Shown: one piece after another, positions 58,505 through 64,000 of the stretch
Layout of the letters: the number at the start of each line of letters is the position of its first letter
How positions within the stretch are numbered: the first letter of the stretch is position 1
Origin: Nitrospinales bacterium
GTDB lineage: Bacteria; Nitrospinota; Nitrospinia; Nitrospinales; VA-1
Assembly (NCBI GenBank): GCA_965223345.1
Contig: CBDCWG010000012.1
Span: forward strand, 2,272,001 to 2,336,000
DNA: 64,000 nucleotides
Direction: 5' to 3'
Notes under the pieces: generated by a model
What the model was told of the DNA's origin: nothing
The model's input: only the letters and a program-made list of their open reading frames with translations
The model's database searches: none
Program-made: the position numbers and the translations under genes

Positions 58505-59164
58505 TTGAAAATCAAACTGTTTGCAGGCTGCCTGTTATCGGGAATTCTGTTGGTCGGAATGTCGGGTGCGCACCCGTCTTTTCCTCCCGATTACGACACC
58601 GCACGCCCCTTGTTCTGGTCGAAACTGTATCCCCAGGGGGGTGAGACCTTGTATTGCGGGACAAAATTTTCAGGGCGGCGAGGCCGCAAGTTCAATGTGG
58701 AGCACGTGTTTCCCATGTCCTGGGTCATCCGTGAGTTGAAATGCGGCACGCGGACTCAATGCCGGAAGAGCAGCCAAACCTTCAATAAAATTGAAGCGGA
58801 CATGCACAACCTGTTTCCCTCTCTCAAGTACATCAACGACGCCCGCGGGAGTTTTCGCTACGGCATGATTCCCGGAGAAAAACGCCAGTTCGGGAAAAAA
58901 TGCGATTTTGAAGTCAACTTCAGAAGGCGGGTGGTGGAGCCCCGCAAAGCGGTGCGTGGAGACATCGCGCGGGCCATGTTTTACATGAAGGACACGTATG
59001 GAATGGTGATCTTCCGCAAGCAGGGCAATCTGTTGCTGAATTGGCATGAAGCCGACCCGCCTTCCCGGTTCGAAAAGAGGAGGAACGACAAGATCGAGAA
59101 GATACAGGGCAATCGCAACAAGTTCATCGACAAGCCCGAACTGGCGCGTGACTTGCGGTTTTGA
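58505..59164 (+). CDS. endA: Secreted endonuclease I (EndA/Vvn family)
   Basis: TLYCG, NVEHVFP, EADMHNLFP, N..R, RGDIARAMFYM and QGNRNKF. Signal peptide from TTG 58505. Confidence 0.88.
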   Translation: MKIKLFAGCLLSGILLVGMSGAHPSFPPDYDTARPLFWSKLYPQGGETLYCGTKFSGRRGRKFNVEHVFPMSWVIRELKCGTRTQCRKSSQTFNKIEADMHNLFPSLKYINDARGSFRYGMIPGEKRQFGKKCDFEVNFRRRVVEPRKAVRGDIARAMFYMKDTYGMVIFRKQGNLLLNWHEADPPSRFEKRRNDKIEKIQGNRNKFIDKPELARDLRF

Positions 59165-59175
59165 AGTCAGCGATT

Positions 59176-60180
59176 CTAAAGTGTGAAATCGATGATGAGG
59201 GGATAATGATCGGAACCGATATCGGGGCCCGTTTGAATGTCCAGTAAAGTGACTCCTTTAGATATCAGGCAATGATCGATGGGGATTTGGAAGGGAAAGG
59301 CATAGGCCGGCCAGGAAGGGAGGATCCCTCTCCCTCTGCGTGCGTCGATGAGACGGGTGGAGTCGATGAACTTTTTAAAATGAACGGACCAGGGCGTCGT
59401 GTTCAAATCCCCCATCACCATCACGCGTTCGGAATCGGGTAAGGCGTTGACGCGGCGGGCCAGTTGCGCCAACTGTGCGTTGCGGTAACGGAAGAACTTC
59501 TGGTTTCTCGGAGGATCCAGATGCACCCCGATCAGAGTCAGGTTGCTGGGCGAACCGTTGAATTTAACGGAGACGAAGGGAATGTCGTTGTGGTCAAAAT
59601 ACAGCACCTCTGCTTTTTCATATTCGATCTGGCTCAGAAAACCCATGCCGGAGCCGTCGTCCCGCTCGGAAAGCTGTGTATAGGAATAACTGTTCAGGGT
59701 GTGTTGCAGTTCCGACCGAAGCCGCTTGTTGAATTCTTCGATGAAAATGAAATCGGGTCGGGTGTGCTCGATAAATTCCCGAATCTTTTCGCTGTTGCGG
59801 TTGTAGGAATAAAGATTCATTGTGACAGCGCGAAAGGCGGGGGACAGGGCGGTGGCTTCATCGATGCTTTTGAACCAATAAGGATGAATTTCCGCGCCAT
59901 TCACAAGCGCCAATGCGAGTGAAAAAACAGCCGCGCGGAACGACCTGTGAAAAATGAAGCAAACTGCGAGGGCAAGAAAGAGCGCGCAATACTGGACGCG
60001 GAAATGACTGAAATTGTCCAGGAAGGAATGGGAGTGGCCGAAAAAACCGGCGAGGGAAACGAATCCGAGCAAACCCGCAATCGTGATGAAAAACTTTTTG
60101 CCAAGCGGGTTTGTCGTTCTCAAGAATTCAACGATGCCAGAACTTCTATTTGAAAGTGCGCTTTGTTGTAAAGGCGTCAA
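59176..60180 (-). CDS. Endonuclease/exonuclease/phosphatase (EEP) family membrane protein
   Basis: Three N-terminal TM segments, then MNL, EE, GDLNTTPWS, IDH and GSDHYP. Confidence 0.88.
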   Translation of the reverse strand: MTPLQQSALSNRSSGIVEFLRTTNPLGKKFFITIAGLLGFVSLAGFFGHSHSFLDNFSHFRVQYCALFLALAVCFIFHRSFRAAVFSLALALVNGAEIHPYWFKSIDEATALSPAFRAVTMNLYSYNRNSEKIREFIEHTRPDFIFIEEFNKRLRSELQHTLNSYSYTQLSERDDGSGMGFLSQIEYEKAEVLYFDHNDIPFVSVKFNGSPSNLTLIGVHLDPPRNQKFFRYRNAQLAQLARRVNALPDSERVMVMGDLNTTPWSVHFKKFIDSTRLIDARRGRGILPSWPAYAFPFQIPIDHCLISKGVTLLDIQTGPDIGSDHYPLIIDFTL

Positions 60181-60181
60181 T

Positions 60182-60901
60182 CTATATTGACATGACGATC
60201 TGCTCCGCGCCTGGAGGTGGATAGGGCGTCAGCGGGATGGCTCGGCGCGCGTGTTCGATCACGATTTTCTCCGCATTCAATCTGGATAATAAATAGACCA
60301 CTCCCTGCAACGCGAGCTTTCTCGACAGGATGGCTGTGATTGTCAACAGGATCAACTCGATATCCAGGATAAAACTTCGTTTCTGGATATAAAAAAGACC
60401 GAGACGGCTTTTCCACGGCCGGATCAGTTGATTGTAGGACAGATCCGGGTCTTTGCTGTCCTTGAGGATTTCTCCTTCATCGGAAAACACGATGGAGGAA
60501 AAATCGGTGATCCCGGGGCGGACGGTCAACAGTTTCTTTTCTTCCAATGTGTATTTTTTTACTTCCTCGATCACTTGCGGCCGCGGGCCCACCAGGCTCA
60601 TGTCGCCGATCAGCACGTTCCAGAGTTGAGTCAATTCGTCCAGCTTGAATTTGCGAATCAAGGCTCCGATCTTAGTGATGCGCGGGTCGTTTGTAGATGT
60701 GGACTTGAGTCCCGAGCGATTCACAACCATCGAGCGGATCTTCACCATGGAAAACGGCAGGTTGTTTTTCCCCGCCCGGGGGGCGATGTAGAACGGAGAC
60801 TTGAAATCCTGAAGCCAGACCAGAAAAAGGGCGATCAATAGAATCGGGCTCGCCAGGATCAAACCGGTGAGAGATGCGGTGATATCGAGTGCGCGTTTCA
60901 T
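60182..60901 (-). CDS. Monotopic phosphoglycosyl (sugar) transferase
   Basis: KRALD, KIRSM, KLDELTQ, SLVGPRP and PGITD. Confidence 0.92.
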   Translation of the reverse strand: MKRALDITASLTGLILASPILLIALFLVWLQDFKSPFYIAPRAGKNNLPFSMVKIRSMVVNRSGLKSTSTNDPRITKIGALIRKFKLDELTQLWNVLIGDMSLVGPRPQVIEEVKKYTLEEKKLLTVRPGITDFSSIVFSDEGEILKDSKDPDLSYNQLIRPWKSRLGLFYIQKRSFILDIELILLTITAILSRKLALQGVVYLLSRLNAEKIVIEHARRAIPLTPYPPPGAEQIVMSI

Positions 60902-60904
60902 GGC

Positions 60905-61849
60905 TCAATGTTTCAGAACAGGTTTGCGGATATTGACCAAAGCCAGGGCTGTGGAGATGATGGCTTCCTCATCGATTCCGTAGACTTTACGCAGATAACT
61001 CTGGCTGCCGACGATGGAAGAGAAGCCGTCTTTCAGGCCGATGCGGTAAAAACTCTTCGGGATCGTTCCCAGATCCAGGCATTTTTCTGCCACCAGACTG
61101 CCCAACCCGCCTTCGATCGTGTTTTCTTCAACGGTGATGATGCCTCCTGTTTCCGTGGACGCTTCGATCAGCGCTTTGATGTCGAACGGTTTTAGAGTGT
61201 GCATGCTCAAAACCCGGCAGTGAATGCCGTATTCCGCCAGGTTGTCGGCAGCGCGCAAAACCACACCGAGAATTCCTCCGGTGGAAATCAGGGTCAGATC
61301 GTTGCCTTCCCGCAAACGTCTCGCGATGCCTACCTGGAAGGTCTCGTTGGGTCTTTGCGTGTTTTCGGCATAGGATTTGTCCAGGCGCAAATATCCCGGC
61401 ATTTCGGTGTTGGCCATGGCTTTGGTCACCTGGCTGGCTTCCCAAAGATCTCCCGGAGCAAAAATATTGATGTCCGGCAGGGAACGCATGATGCTGATGT
61501 CTTCCGTCGCGTGGTGGGAAAACCCCAGCGGGCCATAACTGAAGCCCCCGCCGATCGAAACGATGTTCACATTAGCCTGGTGGTAACAGGGGCCGTTCCT
61601 AATTTGCTCGAGACACCTCAATATGGGGAAGTTCGCGATCGAATAGGTGAAGACAACGCGGCCTTCCATGGCGATACCGGTTGCGATTCCGGTCATATTC
61701 TGTTCGGCAACACCTACGTTGAGAAAATTATTGGGAAATCGTTTGGAATAATCATCAAACACACCGAACCCCAAATCTCCGGTGATCAACATGATCCTGG
61801 AGTTCAACTCCGTCAAATACGAGAGCATTTTTACGAATGAATTTCTCAA
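60905..61849 (-). CDS. Transketolase-like protein, C-terminal (pyrimidine-binding) subunit
   Basis: TGDLGFG, NVGVAEQNM, RCLEQIR, SHHATED and TVEEN..GGLG. Confidence 0.92.
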   Translation of the reverse strand: MRNSFVKMLSYLTELNSRIMLITGDLGFGVFDDYSKRFPNNFLNVGVAEQNMTGIATGIAMEGRVVFTYSIANFPILRCLEQIRNGPCYHQANVNIVSIGGGFSYGPLGFSHHATEDISIMRSLPDINIFAPGDLWEASQVTKAMANTEMPGYLRLDKSYAENTQRPNETFQVGIARRLREGNDLTLISTGGILGVVLRAADNLAEYGIHCRVLSMHTLKPFDIKALIEASTETGGIITVEENTIEGGLGSLVAEKCLDLGTIPKSFYRIGLKDGFSSIVGSQSYLRKVYGIDEEAIISTALALVNIRKPVLKH

Positions 61850-62655
61850 AACTCTCCCTCCAATTCTTTTAATGCTGCGGTGTATTCATCTCCTTTAGGC
61901 GTCCTGTAGTGCCAAAGTACAGAATTTTCCATGAACGACACGCCTTTTCCTTTCACGGTATGCGCAATGATGCAGCTGGGCTTGTCCGTAGCGAAAGGAA
62001 CGCGTCCCAATAGATGGTGCAGCTGTTCATGATCGTGGCCATCGACTTCTTCCACATGCCAGCCGAAACTGCGCCACTTCAACGCGAACGGTTCCAGACC
62101 CAGCGTTGCGGATACCGTGGTCAGACTCTGCAATTTGTTGTAGTCCACGATGGCCACCAGGTTGTCCAGCTTGTGATGCGCTGCAAACATGATGGCTTCC
62201 CAGACGGAGCCTTCATCGCATTCCCCATCGCTCATCAGCACAAAACAGCGCTGCGCCTCTTTGTCGAGTTTGGCGCTGTAGGCCATACCCGTCCCGATGG
62301 AAAGTCCCTGGCCCAGGGAGCCGGTGGAAAACTCGACGCCGGGTACCCCTTTATGGGAAACATGCCCTGATAAATCGGAGCCGTTCTGGCAATGGGTCTG
62401 AAGCTTTTTCACGGGAAAGAAACCGAGTTCCGCTAATACTGCGTACACCCCGGCGCCCGCATGTCCTTTGCTGAGAAGGAACCGGTCCCGTTCGTGCCAA
62501 TCCGGGTTGGAAGGCTGCACGTTCAAGATTCCTCCGTACAACACGGAGACGATGTCTGCCATTGAGAAGATGGAGCCGATATGCGAAGTGCCTCCAAGGT
62601 TGGCCATTTGGAGTGTGTGTCTTCGGATAAGATTCGCAAGTTCTTTTGAGTCCAT
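61846..62655 (-). CDS. Transketolase-like protein, N-terminal (TPP-binding) subunit
   Basis: SHIG, DRFLLSKGH, STGSLG, SDGECDEG and HTVKGKG. Start MDSKEL at 62655. Confidence 0.92.
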   Translation of the reverse strand: MDSKELANLIRRHTLQMANLGGTSHIGSIFSMADIVSVLYGGILNVQPSNPDWHERDRFLLSKGHAGAGVYAVLAELGFFPVKKLQTHCQNGSDLSGHVSHKGVPGVEFSTGSLGQGLSIGTGMAYSAKLDKEAQRCFVLMSDGECDEGSVWEAIMFAAHHKLDNLVAIVDYNKLQSLTTVSATLGLEPFALKWRSFGWHVEEVDGHDHEQLHHLLGRVPFATDKPSCIIAHTVKGKGVSFMENSVLWHYRTPKGDEYTAALKELEGEF

Positions 62656-62743
62656 GGATGACCTTTGCAAATAAAATGAATGAAGTGGATGACGTGTCTC
62701 TATGGGAAACCTGCTAGATCGTTGAGGCCGACAGGGGCCTTGA

Positions 62744-63859
62744 TCAGGCAGCGTAAAAATCACGAATCTTCTGGGAAATGTAGGAAGCGTCCTCCTCTGT
62801 CACGTATAAATTCATGGGCAAGAGCAAAAAACGCGAAGTCATTTGTTCCGTTGTCGGCAGACTGACGTTGAAACCAAGCTTCTCATATTGATGAATCGCT
62901 TTTCCTCCCCATTGGATGATGGTTTTGATTCCCCATTCATCCAAGTAGCTCTTCAGGGCATCCCTGTTTTCAGCCTGGACCTCGTAGTTCTGATAAACGT
63001 CGAAATGGTCCGGGTCGGAATCGGGCGAAGGCGGTAATGTGAGTTTGGAGAGATTACCGAGTTCTTTTTGATAGACCTTTGCAATGTTCCTTCTGTGCTC
63101 GATGGCCTGGTCGAACGATTGCAGTTTGTGATTCAGGATTGCGGCTTGCAGATTATCCAGCCTGGAATTGGTTCCCCAGCAAACGATATCTCCTTCCGAG
63201 TTTCTTCCATGATCTCGCATCAACCGAATTTTTTCAGCGATCGCATCGTCGTTGGTGACCACGGCGCCGCCGTCTCCAAAGCAGCCCAATAGCTTTGCGG
63301 GATAAAAACTGAAGGTCCCTGCGATTCCAAATGTGCCGGCGCATTTATTTTTGAACTTCGACCCGAGTGCCTGGGCGGAGTCCTCCACAATCAACAAACC
63401 GTGCTTGTTCGCGATCGCCTGAATCGAATCCATATTTGCGGTGCGGCCGTTGAGCTGCACAGGCATGATCGCTCGTGTCTTTTTGGTGATCGCCTTTTCC
63501 ACACTGGTGGCATCGATGAGATGATCCTTGCCGCATTCGACCAGAACGGGTTTGGCTCCAAGAAAATCGACTGCGTTTGCCGAAGCCACGAACGTGTGCG
63601 AAGGAAGGATGACTTCGTCTCCCGCCTTGATCCCCGCTGCCTTCAAGGCAAGAAAAAGCGCTGCGGTGCCATCCGCCACGCCGATGGCGCGTTTGACGTT
63701 CAAAAAGTTTTTCAGGTTGTCTTCAAATTCTTTCAGGTCTTTTTGCAGGATGTAGGCACCGCGCCGTAAAACATCCTGGACAATATCCATGTATTTGTCT
63801 TCGTGAGAACTGAAAAGAGCAGGGTAGGGGAAAAATGGAATTGTGCGATTTTTATCCAT
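62744..63859 (-). CDS. DegT/DnrJ/EryC1/StrS aminotransferase
   Basis: DGTAAL, EDSAQALG, SFYPAKLLGCFGDGG and NSRLDNLQAA. Confidence 0.92.
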   Translation of the reverse strand: MDKNRTIPFFPYPALFSSHEDKYMDIVQDVLRRGAYILQKDLKEFEDNLKNFLNVKRAIGVADGTAALFLALKAAGIKAGDEVILPSHTFVASANAVDFLGAKPVLVECGKDHLIDATSVEKAITKKTRAIMPVQLNGRTANMDSIQAIANKHGLLIVEDSAQALGSKFKNKCAGTFGIAGTFSFYPAKLLGCFGDGGAVVTNDDAIAEKIRLMRDHGRNSEGDIVCWGTNSRLDNLQAAILNHKLQSFDQAIEHRRNIAKVYQKELGNLSKLTLPPSPDSDPDHFDVYQNYEVQAENRDALKSYLDEWGIKTIIQWGGKAIHQYEKLGFNVSLPTTEQMTSRFLLLPMNLYVTEEDASYISQKIRDFYAA

Positions 63860-64000
63860 GTCAGAACCTTTTAAGTTCTAATAAATATTATTGTTACTAT
63901 ATTTTTATTAAACATAATTTATGTAAATTTAGTTGAATCAAGCGGATTTTATCTAATTTATTTATCTTGTCTATTAAAAAATTATTAATTTAATTGAATG

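Noticed and set aside
1..64000. CRISPR arrays, tRNA/rRNA genes, insertion sequences, prophage genes
   Set aside because: No regularly spaced direct repeats, cloverleaf/rRNA signatures, transposase, integrase or phage structural motifs were recognised by eye.

Overview
GC-rich bacterial window of a diderm organism. The gene style is reminiscent of Nitrospinota or deltaproteobacteria, but this cannot be verified from sequence alone. 1-12.6 kb holds a partial CDF metal transporter, a chemotaxis cluster (cheY-cheX-cheA-cheW with a convergent cheB, no receptor and no cheR), an ACT-domain gene with def, a lipoprotein, mscS and a DegT aminotransferase. 12.7-58.4 kb is a large Wzy-type exopolysaccharide/capsule locus: wzc, a CDP-sugar C-methylation module with two DUF4910-like genes and lhgO, pglC/pglE-like genes with a GNAT, tandem asnB, glycosyltransferases, wzy, a deacetylase, a MurJ-type flippase, ugd, a PL1 lyase, wbpA/wbpB-D/wbpE, a PGT-PglF fusion, an OM beta-barrel and wza. 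58.5-64 kb has endonuclease I, an EEP protein and a more AT-rich sugar cassette with a split transketolase. The standout is a CheA kinase carrying a group-1 truncated haemoglobin domain where the P2 domain normally sits, a candidate receptor-independent haem gas-sensing chemosensory system. Other notable items are a mosaic asnB duplication, a PGT domain lacking its catalytic Asp-Glu dyad fused to PglF, a recurrent TGTARATYTACA-like motif shared by che and EPS promoter regions, and an unannotated 48-aa membrane ORF behind a sigma54/IHF promoter. No rRNA, tRNA, CRISPR array or transposase was recognised.
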